Source: Eledone cirrhosa
Taxonomy: Eukaryota
Length of the DNA stretch: 64,000 nt
Direction: 5' to 3'
NCBI GenBank assembly: GCA_964016885.1
Contig: OZ024742.1
Span: 277,946,001 to 278,010,000, forward strand
Below are positions 11,021-21,054 of the stretch, piece after piece (position 1 is the first letter of the stretch; each line of letters begins with the position of its first letter). The translations under genes were made by a program, and so were the position numbers. The notes beneath the pieces were generated by a model. That model was not told where the DNA came from. It did no database searches and saw only the letters and a list, made by a program, of their open reading frames with translations.

Positions 11021-14000
11021 AGGGCCTAACTTCACCCAGGCAGGGGATTTCCCCCACCTCAAAATGATTAAGGCCCCACAGGACACCTATAAAACTTTAA
11101 AAAACAATTTTAAAGAGGACGTGGGTCCCCCCTGCGTCGGGCCCATTAACCGCGTCCTCCTAAAAACTATCCCACCCCCTCCCCAAACACCCTCACAACT
11201 CCAAGCTCCCCAACCACACAACACACTGATGCCCCCACACTTCCACAAACCACCACCCCACCCAACAACCCATCCCCCACCCTAATGGAAATTGTGCAGC
11301 CCGATACCCGGGACGCAGAGAGGTAAGTGCCTTTTCTCTTCACCACCAACATGGCTATGCTAAGAGTAGGCTGTTTAAATGCGCGTGGCCTGGGCTCAAC
11401 TTGGAAGCAAGCAATGCTTCTAAATGACCTCAGGTCACAACGTATAGATGTGATGGTTATTTGCGAGGCCCGGATCAGCAACGTGCGACAGCTGGCCCCC
11501 ACCTTTGATGACTTTGAGATGCACGCATCTCTCTGTCAGCCCGGAGGTGGGGGTGGAGTTGTCGTTCTGCTGCAAAAACATCTGGGTCTCGCAACACAGA
11601 TGGTACATTTGGACCCGGAGGGTCGACTAGTGGTTCTGGACCTTGGCAGTGGTAAAGGCGGAGCGTTTAGGTTGGTAGCCGCCTACGGCCCTTTCGGGTC
11701 AATGCGGCCGGACTTCTTCCATCGTCTGGAGACTTTTCTAGGGACGTCCCGCTCCTTGCTATTAGTGGGGGACTGGAATGGTATCCTAGATGCACGCTGG
11801 GACTACGTAGGGGCCTGCCCCGATAGAGAGGGGTGTAATAGCCTCAAAGGGTTAATCGGTCGATTTGACCTGGCCGATAGATATCGACTAGATTTTCCGA
11901 CTGCGCCAACCTGGACTTGGGCAAATCGTAGCGGATCATCTAGGTCGTACCTAGATAGGTTCTTAGTTAGAATTAAGGATAAGGACTTTTTAAGTTGTCC
12001 AAAAATGCGCATGGTTGGCTATTCAGACCACAAATTAGTGACCTGCATGGTCAACCTTGACAGAACTCATAGACAGGGCCCCGGTTACTGGAAGCTCAAC
12101 TTGTCCTTGCCGGCAAGTAGAGCCTACAGGAATCGGATTAGTACGTTAGTTAAGGAACGGTTGACTGGAGCGATCGTCAACAGCAGGTGGTGGGTATCTC
12201 TAAAGAGAGAGATTAGAGTAGTCTCGATAGAATTTAGTAAGGTTCTAGCTGCGGATAGGAATAGGAAGGAAAGGGAGCTAATAGATAGAGTAGAAGAGGC
12301 AATTAGAAGCGGCGACGTGGCCAGAGTGCTAGCGTCGAGAACGGCTTTGAGCCAGTTTTTCGACGCGAAGCACGAAGGCTGCGTTGTCCGAAGTAAAATA
12401 CGTGATCTAGGGAACGAGGGGACCAAAGCTGTTAGCTGGGCCCGCGTGACAGAGGCCAACAGTGGAACTAAATCCACCATCCGGTCTTTGCGAGACCTGG
12501 ATGGACGGGCGATTCTTGAGCCTAAGCAGATGTGTGAGGCCTTTCAAAGGCACTTTGCCCGACTGTTCGGGAGGGGCGGGGAGCCGGTTGGGGACGTGGA
12601 CTTCGGTCCATACCTCGACGGCCTGCCGCGCCTCTCGGACAGGGAGGCGAAGTCCTGCGAGGAGCCGATTTCGGCCGCTGAGATAGAGGACGTGCTGAGC
12701 CAATGCGGCAAACGCAAATCCCCGGGTCTCGATGGTCTTCCTTACGAATTATATCTAGCTATGCCGGACTTGTTCCCCGATCTCCTCGAGGCGGTCTACT
12801 GCAACTGGCAACAGAACGGGAGAATTCCCTGTACTGTGACCAAGGGCGTAGTCACGCTAGTGAGGAAGGACGAGAACAAGGGGGACGAAATAAGTAACTT
12901 CAGGCCCATAACTCTGCTAAATACAGAGTTACAGATTTTGGCCAAGGTGCTAGCAAAGAGGTTGGCGCTTGTCGTGGGCAACCTGGTGGGAGATGCGCAG
13001 ACATGCGCTATCCCGTCCAGGTCCATCCATGACAACCTCCACCTCATGCGATACATCATAGAGAGGGTTGGGAACGAACCCGGCTTTGGTGGGGCTCTGA
13101 TCAACTTGGATCAATCTAAGGCGTTCGATAGGGTCGACCATGGTTACCTGGATGCGGTGCTAGCGGCGGCAGGCTTCGGACCCGTTTTCAGGGGCTGGAT
13201 CACTGCTATGCACAGCAGCCGCATCTGCTCTAGGGTCAAGGTGAACGGCTACCTCTCGGAGCCGTTCAAAATCGCGCGGTCCATCCGACAAGGGTGCCCT
13301 CTCTCCTCCCTTCTGTATGTGTTGACTCTCGAGCCACTACTGCGGAAGTTGGAGTTGTTGCAGGGCATCCCTTTGGAACCGGGATTGCGGAAAGCGGTGT
13401 CGGCCTACGCCGATGACGTGACAGTAATGGTGTCGACGGCCTCCGAAATCGAGGCGGTCGGCACCTTACTGGAGGAGTACGAAAAGTTCACAGGGGCTAA
13501 GCTGAACCGGGACAAGTCGATCGGTTTGCAACTCGGCACGTGGAGGGGCAGACCGATGCCCTCCGATAGCGTCGTCGGACGCTGGACGGAGGGCCCGGTG
13601 AAGTTGCTCGGGGTCTGGTTCGGACCGGACCTCCAGGTGGTGAAAAACTGGGCGGAGGTTACGAACAGGGTGTCTGCACTGACCCAGAAGTGGGCCAGTT
13701 GCAAACTATCCCTGAAAGGCCGGGCGGAGGTGGCGAACACCTACATAGCGTCCGTCATCTACTACCGCCTGACCGTAGTGCCCTGCCCAAGGGAAACCCT
13801 CACCAAGATGGAGCGCGCGCTCTTCCAATTCCTTTGGAAGAGGCGGGCTCCTATGGTGAGGAGATCCATCTGCTGTCAACACCCTTCGAAAGGAGGGCTG
13901 GGGATGCCGTGGCTAATGATGCGTAAACACGCATTAAGGCTACGGCACCTCTACGTATTCCTCACCGGACAACCGGTGTGGGCCTCGTTTGTGAGACGAA

Positions 14001-15049
14001 CCTTTCCCAGACTCGTCTCACTCACCGAGCTGCAATCCTGGGTCAAGCAAAGACCGAGAAAACTGGGCGCCTGGCACACTGAGTGTGCCCAGGCGCTCAC
14101 CGCCCTCTGGCAGGCGGATCCGGTTATCAGTGGAGACTCCACCGCAACATTCTATAGAGGGCTGGTACGCAGCAGGTGCGACGACGCCCTCGGAGAAGCC
14201 CTAGACATGGAGGAGGACGAACTGGCCAGCCTGTTCGGTAGGACATTCAGCCCGGGACCTATGGACAACTTCCAGAAGTCCCTGGCCTGGCAGTGCTACC
14301 GAGGGGCTTTACCCGTTCGAGAAAGGCTCTACAGACACGGGCGCCCGGGTAGGGACCCCGCCAAAAAGATCTGTCCCAGATGCGTGTGCGACGAGGAAAC
14401 CGTTGCACACGCATTAGTACACTGCTCGGGCGTAGCCGATCTGTGGGGCTATGTCGAACAACTGCTGTCAAGGGTGGGACCGATCCGGTTGACCACCGAG
14501 TCTATTGTAATGATCAAGCCGCCTCCCCCCTTCAAAGATGAAGCAGAGGCGGTGTTTCTGTGCGTAATAGCCATGGCGAAAGAGGTTGTATGGTGGACGC
14601 GTCTGAAAGGACTGAGGTCGGGCACCTTTCTCTCTGGCCAACAACTGGTCCGTTTCTTCCGATATCATTTCGGAAGAAGGATCAGGATGAAGAGAGAGGT
14701 GCTGCACCCCAGCCGTTTCTATGAAAGATGGGTGAAAGTGGCGAGAATGGCCCGTGTGAATGGGCCTTCACTCTACATCAGACTATAGGTGAGGAAGATG
14801 AAAGACCAAGGGAGCACCCCTTCTCTGTGCTCCTGAGGAGAAGGGTTGCACACTTTTTTCGGGGGTGTGTGCGACCCCCCAAGGCGCCTCCTCTCTATTG
14901 AGGATTTTGTTAAAAATTTTATTTTTTGTTATATCTTATTTTATTTTTATATTTTGTTATTGCCTCCTCCTTATTGAGGACGCCTTTTTGTGTAAACTCC
15001 CCCCTTTGTACTTGTCCCACTTTTGATGCCCTAGTGGCAAATAAAAGAA

Positions 15050-15050
<1 letters not shown>
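11021..15050 (+). mobile_element. Tx1-clade non-LTR retrotransposon, 5'-truncated (copy 1)
   Basis: Near-identical to 16821-20851. Preceded by (TCTA)5 at ~11001-11020 and followed by (TCTA)n at 15051-15121. Confidence 0.95.
11351..14788 (+). CDS. Tx1 ORF2: APE endonuclease, reverse transcriptase and C-terminal zinc finger
   Basis: Motifs LNARGL, GDWN, SYLDRF, YSDH (APE); KSPGLDG, DQSKAFDRV, QGCPLS, YADD (RT); CPRC..EETVAHALVHC. First ATG at 11351; the frame is open from GTG at 11327. Confidence 0.95.
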   Translation: MAMLRVGCLNARGLGSTWKQAMLLNDLRSQRIDVMVICEARISNVRQLAPTFDDFEMHASLCQPGGGGGVVVLLQKHLGLATQMVHLDPEGRLVVLDLGSGKGGAFRLVAAYGPFGSMRPDFFHRLETFLGTSRSLLLVGDWNGILDARWDYVGACPDREGCNSLKGLIGRFDLADRYRLDFPTAPTWTWANRSGSSRSYLDRFLVRIKDKDFLSCPKMRMVGYSDHKLVTCMVNLDRTHRQGPGYWKLNLSLPASRAYRNRISTLVKERLTGAIVNSRWWVSLKREIRVVSIEFSKVLAADRNRKERELIDRVEEAIRSGDVARVLASRTALSQFFDAKHEGCVVRSKIRDLGNEGTKAVSWARVTEANSGTKSTIRSLRDLDGRAILEPKQMCEAFQRHFARLFGRGGEPVGDVDFGPYLDGLPRLSDREAKSCEEPISAAEIEDVLSQCGKRKSPGLDGLPYELYLAMPDLFPDLLEAVYCNWQQNGRIPCTVTKGVVTLVRKDENKGDEISNFRPITLLNTELQILAKVLAKRLALVVGNLVGDAQTCAIPSRSIHDNLHLMRYIIERVGNEPGFGGALINLDQSKAFDRVDHGYLDAVLAAAGFGPVFRGWITAMHSSRICSRVKVNGYLSEPFKIARSIRQGCPLSSLLYVLTLEPLLRKLELLQGIPLEPGLRKAVSAYADDVTVMVSTASEIEAVGTLLEEYEKFTGAKLNRDKSIGLQLGTWRGRPMPSDSVVGRWTEGPVKLLGVWFGPDLQVVKNWAEVTNRVSALTQKWASCKLSLKGRAEVANTYIASVIYYRLTVVPCPRETLTKMERALFQFLWKRRAPMVRRSICCQHPSKGGLGMPWLMMRKHALRLRHLYVFLTGQPVWASFVRRTFPRLVSLTELQSWVKQRPRKLGAWHTECAQALTALWQADPVISGDSTATFYRGLVRSRCDDALGEALDMEEDELASLFGRTFSPGPMDNFQKSLAWQCYRGALPVRERLYRHGRPGRDPAKKICPRCVCDEETVAHALVHCSGVADLWGYVEQLLSRVGPIRLTTESIVMIKPPPPFKDEAEAVFLCVIAMAKEVVWWTRLKGLRSGTFLSGQQLVRFFRYHFGRRIRMKREVLHPSRFYERWVKVARMARVNGPSLYIRL

Positions 15051-15121
<71 letters not shown>

Positions 15122-15339
15122 GTCTCTGGGATGGACACACGCGTATAACTTGCTGAGTAAGTTCTGTTTAAATTTCTATAGAAATTCTTGTCTGATAACT
15201 TTAATTTTTGTACCATTTTGTAGAGGGACTGCCAGGTCAAACTTTGATCTGGTCAGTCTCTCAAAATATTCTACGCCTTTAGGCGAAATAGTTAAAAAAA
15301 AAAAAGTTTTTTCTTGTTGAAAAGTCAATATTTTTTTAA

Positions 15340-17127
15340 ATGGCCGAAGCTTCTTCACCAAAATTCGAAGGAGGAAAGGGGAAGATGAACTTACAGCTTC
15401 CCCCTGCCACTGTCACAGTAGCAGAGGTCAAGAAGATAGGTCAGCCAGAGGAAGAATTCTCTCCACCTGTTAACCGACAACTTGACGTTGCCATGGCAAC
15501 AACCCAAAGAACCAGCAGCAACAGCAACAACAACAACAATGCGACGGACGAAAGCAACACCAATAACAATAACAATAACAACAACAAGACCAATAACGGT
15601 GACAACAACAACAATGATAACAACAACACCACCAACGACAACAACAACACAAACAAACAAAATTTCTCCTTCGCCGAGACGACAAGGAAAACCCTCGACT
15701 ATCTGCCAGTAGATATAACAAAAGCGAAGGAGCTACTGGCGGATGCGAAAAAATATATAGTGTACGGGGAAAATGGTTCATTCACAATCCATTCCCCCCC
15801 GGAACTAAAAAGCCAGAGACTCCTAAACACGGTCATGTTTAGGACAATCTCGAACAAAAGTAAAAAACCAGCTCAACCATCACAGAGCGAGATAGAGCTG
15901 GTTTTAAAAGACGTCATGAAGGACATCACCTTCATTCAGAAGGATAGACTCTACGGGAGTCTATCCATTCTCATGAAGGACAGGGACACAGCAGTGAAAC
16001 TGTCCATCAAACCAATCACATCCACCGCATACACCTTCTACCCTACGTACATGGGTAGAAGAACACAAAAAATAAAAATCCACACCATCCTGCCGATTAT
16101 GGACATATGGTGGGTTTTGACAGGTTTTCTGGACCTGGAGGATGACATGCTGGTGTCCATGGGAAAGGCATCGGGTGACGCGTTCAGTGGAACGAGCCTC
16201 GAACTTGTAGTTCAAATGAGGCCCGAAAGGATCGCCCAGATCCCTGAACGCGTCATACTGGATGATCTAACCTTCATCAACATTACCGTTGAGGGTAGAC
16301 GGCCCTCGTGTTACCTCTGCGGAACCAGAGGTCACCTGAGGGCTGTCTGTCCCCAACTTAATAAGAAAACCCCAATCCTGCCTACACCACCAACAACTGC
16401 ACAACCAACACAATCACCACAACTACCACTACAAAAACAACCACCACAGCTCAAACCAAAACAAAACAATGTCCAATCCATCCCCTCCACTCAAAAAACA
16501 AAAACAATTTCCAAAACACCCGTACCGCAAACACAACCCGAAAATATACCCCTCCCCTCCAACGCGGAAGATGACCGTAGTTCGTCGTCAGACGAGGAGG
16601 AGCACTTCCACACAATCAAAAGAAAAAAAAGAAAACACACCTCAGACACACAAATGAAAAAAACCCCTCCCCAAAACATAACACTGACACCAACACAAAA
16701 GAGCTCACAACAGCAAACAAAAAACACCACACAAAAACAAAAACATGCATACACATACATAAATACAAGAAACAAAAAACTGTTAAACATTGTGTACAAC
16801 AACAATCTAATAAAAACACAAGGGCCTAACTTCACCCAGGCAGGGGATTTCCCCCACCTCAAAATGATTAAGGCCCCACAGGACACCTATAAAACTTTAA
16901 AAAACAATTTTAAAGAGGACGTGGGTCCCCCCTGCGTCGGGCCCATTAACCGCGTCCTCCTAAAAAACTATCCCACCCCCTCCCCAAACACCCTCACAAC
17001 TCCAAGCTCCCCAACCACACAACACACTGATGCCCCCACACTTCCACAAACCACCACCCTACCCAACAACCCATCCCCCACCCTAATGGAAATTGTGCAG
17101 CCCGATACCCGGGACGCAGAGAGGTAA
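15340..17127 (+). CDS. Tx1 ORF1 nucleic-acid-binding protein with CCHC zinc knuckle
   Basis: 595 aa with VEGRRPSCYLCGTRGHLRAVCP knuckle and Asn-rich and Pro/Thr/Gln-rich low-complexity segments. Lies directly upstream of ORF2. Confidence 0.9.
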   Translation: MAEASSPKFEGGKGKMNLQLPPATVTVAEVKKIGQPEEEFSPPVNRQLDVAMATTQRTSSNSNNNNNATDESNTNNNNNNNNKTNNGDNNNNDNNNTTNDNNNTNKQNFSFAETTRKTLDYLPVDITKAKELLADAKKYIVYGENGSFTIHSPPELKSQRLLNTVMFRTISNKSKKPAQPSQSEIELVLKDVMKDITFIQKDRLYGSLSILMKDRDTAVKLSIKPITSTAYTFYPTYMGRRTQKIKIHTILPIMDIWWVLTGFLDLEDDMLVSMGKASGDAFSGTSLELVVQMRPERIAQIPERVILDDLTFINITVEGRRPSCYLCGTRGHLRAVCPQLNKKTPILPTPPTTAQPTQSPQLPLQKQPPQLKPKQNNVQSIPSTQKTKTISKTPVPQTQPENIPLPSNAEDDRSSSSDEEEHFHTIKRKKRKHTSDTQMKKTPPQNITLTPTQKSSQQQTKNTTQKQKHAYTYINTRNKKLLNIVYNNNLIKTQGPNFTQAGDFPHLKMIKAPQDTYKTLKNNFKEDVGPPCVGPINRVLLKNYPTPSPNTLTTPSSPTTQHTDAPTLPQTTTLPNNPSPTLMEIVQPDTRDAER

Positions 17128-17151
17128 GTGCCTTTTCTCTTCACCACCAAC

Positions 17152-20100
17152 ATGGCTATGCTAAGAGTAGGCTGTTTAAATGCGCGTGGCCTGGGCTCAA
17201 CTTGGAAGCAAGCAATGCTTCTAAATGACCTCAGGTCACAACGTATAGATGTGATGGTTATTTGCGAGGCCCGGATCAGCAACGTGCGACAGCTGGCCCC
17301 CACCTTTGATGACTTTGAGATGCACGCATCTCTCTGTCAGCCCGGAGGTGGGGGTGGAGTTGTCGTTCTGCTGCAAAAACATCTGGGTCTCGCAACACAG
17401 ATGGTACATTTGGACCCGGAGGGTCGACTAGTGGTTCTGGACCTTGGCAGTGGTAAAGGCGGAGCGTTTAGGTTGGTAGCCGCCTACGGCCCTTTCGGGT
17501 CAATGCGGCCGGACTTCTTCCATCGTCTGGAGACTTTTCTAGGGACGTCCCGCTCCTTGCTATTAGTGGGGGACTGGAATGGTATCCTAGATGCACGCTG
17601 GGACTACGTAGGGGCCTGCCCCGATAGAGAGGGGTGTAATAGCCTCAAAGGGTTAATCGGTCGATTTGACCTGGCCGATAGATATCGACTAGATTTTCCG
17701 ACTGCGCCAACCTGGACTTGGGCAAATCGTAGCGGATCATCTAGGTCGTACCTAGATAGGTTCTTAGTTAGAATTAAGGATAAGGACTTTTTAAGTTGTC
17801 CAAAAATGCGCATTGTTGGCTATTCAGACCACAAATTAGTGACCTGCATGGTCAACCTTGACAGAACTCATAGACAGGGCCCCGGTTACTGGAAGCTCAA
17901 CTTGTCCTTGCCGGCAAGTAGAGCCTACAGGAATCGGATTAGTACGTTAGTTAAGGAACGGTTGACTGGAGCGATCGTCAACAGCAGGTGGTGGGTATCT
18001 CTAAAGAGAGAGATTAGAGTAGTCTCGATAGAATTTAGTAAGGTTCTAGCTGCGGATAGGAATAGGAAGGAAAGGGAGCTAATAGATAGAGTAGAAGAGG
18101 CAATTAGAAGCGGCGACGTGGCCAGAGTGCTAGCGTCGAGAACGGCTTTGAGCCAGTTTTTCGACGCGAAGCACGAAGGCTGCGTTGTCCGAAGTAAAAT
18201 ACGTGCTCTAGGGAACGAGGGGACCAAAGCTGTTAGCTGGGCCCGCGTGACAGAGGCCAACAGTGGAACTAAATCCACCATCCGGTCTTTGCGAGACCTG
18301 GATGGACGGGCGATTCTTGAGCCTAAGCAGATGTGTGAGGCCTTTCAAAGGCACTTTGCCCGACTGTTCGGGAGGGGCGGGGAGCCGGTTGGGAACGTGG
18401 ACTTCGGTCCATACCTCGACGGCCTGCCGCGCCTCTCGGACAGGGAGGCGAAGTCCTGCGAGGAGCCGATTTCGGCCGCTGAGATAGAGGACGTGCTGAG
18501 CCAATGCGGCAAACGCAAATCCCCGGGTCTCGATGGTCTTCCTTACGAATTATATCTAGCTATGCCGGACTTGTTCCCCGATCTCCTCGAGGCGGTCTAC
18601 TGCAACTGGCAACAGAACGGGAGAATTCCCTGTACTGTGACCAAGGGCGTAGTCACGCTAGTGAGGAAGGACGAGAACAAGGGGGACGAAATAAGTAACT
18701 TCAGGCCCATAACACTGCTAAATACAGAGTTACAGATTTTGGCCAAGGTGCTAGCAAAGAGGTTGGCGCTTGTCGTGGGCAACCTGGTGGGAGATGCGCA
18801 GACATGCGCTATCCCGTCCAGGTCCATCCATGACAACCTCCACCTCATGCGATACATCATAGAGAGGGTTGGGAACGAACCCGGCTTTGGTGGGGCTCTG
18901 ATCAACTTGGATCAATCTAAGGCGTTCGATAGGGTCGACCATGGTTACCTGGATGCGGTGCTAGCGGCGGCAGGCTTCGGACCCGTTTTCAGGGGCTGGA
19001 TCACTGCTATGCACAGCAGCCGCATCTGCTCTAGGGTCAAGGTGAACGGCTACCTCTCGGAGCCGTTCAAAATCGCGCGGTCCATCCGACAAGGGTGCCC
19101 TCTCTCCTCCCTTCTGTATGTGTTGACTCTCGAGCCACTACTGCGGAAGTTGGAGTTGTTGCAGGGCATCCCTTTGGAACCGGGATTGCGGAAAGCGGTG
19201 TCGGCCTACGCCGATGACGTGACAGTAATGGTGTCGACGGCCTCCGAAATCGAGGCGGTCGGCACCTTACTGGAGGAGTACGAAAAGTTCACAGGGGCTA
19301 AGCTGAACCGGGACAAGTCGATCGGTTTGCAACTCGGCACGTGGAGGGGCAGACCGATGCCCTCCGATAGCGTCGTCGGACGCTGGACGGAGGGCCCGGT
19401 GAAGTTGCTCGGGGTCTGGTTCGGACCGGACCTCCAGGTGGAGAAAAACTGGGCGGAGGTTACGAACAGGGTGTTTGCACTGACCCAGAAGTGGGCCAGT
19501 TGCAAACTATCCCTGAAAGGTCGGGCGGAGGTGGCGAACACCTACATAGCGTCCGTCATCTACTACCGCCTGACCGTAGTGCCCTGCCCAAGGGAAACCC
19601 TCACCAAGATGGAGCGCGCGCTCTTCCAATTCCTTTGGAAGAGGCGGGCTCCTATGGTGAGGAGATCCATCTGCTGTCAACACCCTTCGAAAGGAGGGCT
19701 GGGGATGCCGTGGCTAATGATGCGTAAACACGCATTAAGGCTACGGCACCTCTACGTATTCCTCACCGGACAACCGGTGTGGGCCTCGTTTGTGAGACGA
19801 ACCTTTCCCAGACTCGTCTCACTCACCGAGCTGCAATCCTGGGTCAAGCAAAGACCGAGAAAACTGGGCGCCTGGCACACTGAGTGTGCCCAGGCGCTCA
19901 CCGCCCTCTGGCAGGCGGATCCGGTTATCAGTGGAGACTCCACCGCAACATTCTATAGAGGGCTGGTACGCAGCAGGTGCGACGACGCCCTCGGAGAAGC
20001 CCTAGACATGGAGGAGGACGAACTGGCCAGCCTGTTCGGTAGGACATTCAGCCCGGGACCTATGGACAACTTCCAGAAGTCCCTGGCCTGGCAGTGCTAC

Positions 20101-20589
20101 CGAGGGGCTTTACCCGTTCGAGAAAGGCTCTACAGACACGGGCGCCCGGGTAGGGACCCCGCCAAAAAGATCTGTCCCAGATGCGTGTGCGACGAGGAAA
20201 CCGTTGCACACGCATTAGTACACTGCTCGGGCGTAGCCGATCTGTGGGGCTATGTCGAACAACTGCTGTCAAGGGTGGGACCGATCCGGTTGACCACCGA
20301 GTCTATTGTAATGATCAAGCCGCCTCCCCCCTTCAAAGATGAAGCAGAGGCGGTGTTTCTGTGCGTAATAGCCATGGCGAAAGAGGTTGTATGGTGGACG
20401 CGTCTGAAAGGACTGAGGTCGGGCACCTTTCTCTCTGGCCAACAACTGGTCCGTTTCTTCCGATATCATTTCGGAAGAAGGATCAGGATGGAGAGAGAGG
20501 TGCTGCACCCCAGCCGTTTCTATGAAAGATGGGTGAAAGTGGCGAGAATGGCCCGTGTGAATGGGCCTTCACTCTACATCAGACTATAG
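17152..20589 (+). CDS. Tx1 ORF2: APE endonuclease, reverse transcriptase and zinc finger
   Basis: Same motifs as copy 1, uninterrupted, with about six amino-acid differences from copy 1. Confidence 0.95.
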   Translation: MAMLRVGCLNARGLGSTWKQAMLLNDLRSQRIDVMVICEARISNVRQLAPTFDDFEMHASLCQPGGGGGVVVLLQKHLGLATQMVHLDPEGRLVVLDLGSGKGGAFRLVAAYGPFGSMRPDFFHRLETFLGTSRSLLLVGDWNGILDARWDYVGACPDREGCNSLKGLIGRFDLADRYRLDFPTAPTWTWANRSGSSRSYLDRFLVRIKDKDFLSCPKMRIVGYSDHKLVTCMVNLDRTHRQGPGYWKLNLSLPASRAYRNRISTLVKERLTGAIVNSRWWVSLKREIRVVSIEFSKVLAADRNRKERELIDRVEEAIRSGDVARVLASRTALSQFFDAKHEGCVVRSKIRALGNEGTKAVSWARVTEANSGTKSTIRSLRDLDGRAILEPKQMCEAFQRHFARLFGRGGEPVGNVDFGPYLDGLPRLSDREAKSCEEPISAAEIEDVLSQCGKRKSPGLDGLPYELYLAMPDLFPDLLEAVYCNWQQNGRIPCTVTKGVVTLVRKDENKGDEISNFRPITLLNTELQILAKVLAKRLALVVGNLVGDAQTCAIPSRSIHDNLHLMRYIIERVGNEPGFGGALINLDQSKAFDRVDHGYLDAVLAAAGFGPVFRGWITAMHSSRICSRVKVNGYLSEPFKIARSIRQGCPLSSLLYVLTLEPLLRKLELLQGIPLEPGLRKAVSAYADDVTVMVSTASEIEAVGTLLEEYEKFTGAKLNRDKSIGLQLGTWRGRPMPSDSVVGRWTEGPVKLLGVWFGPDLQVEKNWAEVTNRVFALTQKWASCKLSLKGRAEVANTYIASVIYYRLTVVPCPRETLTKMERALFQFLWKRRAPMVRRSICCQHPSKGGLGMPWLMMRKHALRLRHLYVFLTGQPVWASFVRRTFPRLVSLTELQSWVKQRPRKLGAWHTECAQALTALWQADPVISGDSTATFYRGLVRSRCDDALGEALDMEEDELASLFGRTFSPGPMDNFQKSLAWQCYRGALPVRERLYRHGRPGRDPAKKICPRCVCDEETVAHALVHCSGVADLWGYVEQLLSRVGPIRLTTESIVMIKPPPPFKDEAEAVFLCVIAMAKEVVWWTRLKGLRSGTFLSGQQLVRFFRYHFGRRIRMEREVLHPSRFYERWVKVARMARVNGPSLYIRL

Positions 20590-20850
20590 GTGAGGAAGAT
20601 GAAAGACCAAGGGAGCACCCCTTCTCTGTGCTCCTGAGGAGAAGGGTTGCACACTTTTTTCGGGGGTGTGTGCGACCCCCCAAGGCGCCTCCTCTCTATT
20701 GAGGATTTTGTTAAAAATTTTATTTTTTGTTATATCTTATTTTATTTTTATATTTTGTTATTGCCTTCTCCTTATTGAGGACGCCTTTTTGTGTAAACTC
20801 CCCCCTTTGTACTTGTCCCACTTTTGATGCCCTAGTGGCAAATAAAAGAA

Positions 20851-20887
<37 letters not shown>

Positions 20888-21054
20888 AATTCCTGTCTCT
20901 ATGTCTTTCTACTTGTCTGTTCATAGTTTTCTGTTTATGCATCTATCTATATATAAGAACAACAATATCAACTACAAAGCAGAAATCTCAATACCAGTTG
21001 TAAAATAGACAGATAAATATTGATAGATGAATATATAGATGTTAGATTGATAAA

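Larger units (their letters stand above)
15121..20851 (+). mobile_element. Tx1-clade non-LTR retrotransposon, full-length and apparently intact (copy 2)
   Basis: ~220-bp 5' UTR, ORF1, ORF2, 3' UTR with AATAAA at 20841, and (TCTA)n on both sides. Confidence 0.95.

Noticed and set aside
11803-14707. Short antisense and alternate-frame ORFs within Tx1 ORF2 copies
   Set aside because: Shadow ORFs of GC-rich coding sequence with no motifs of their own.
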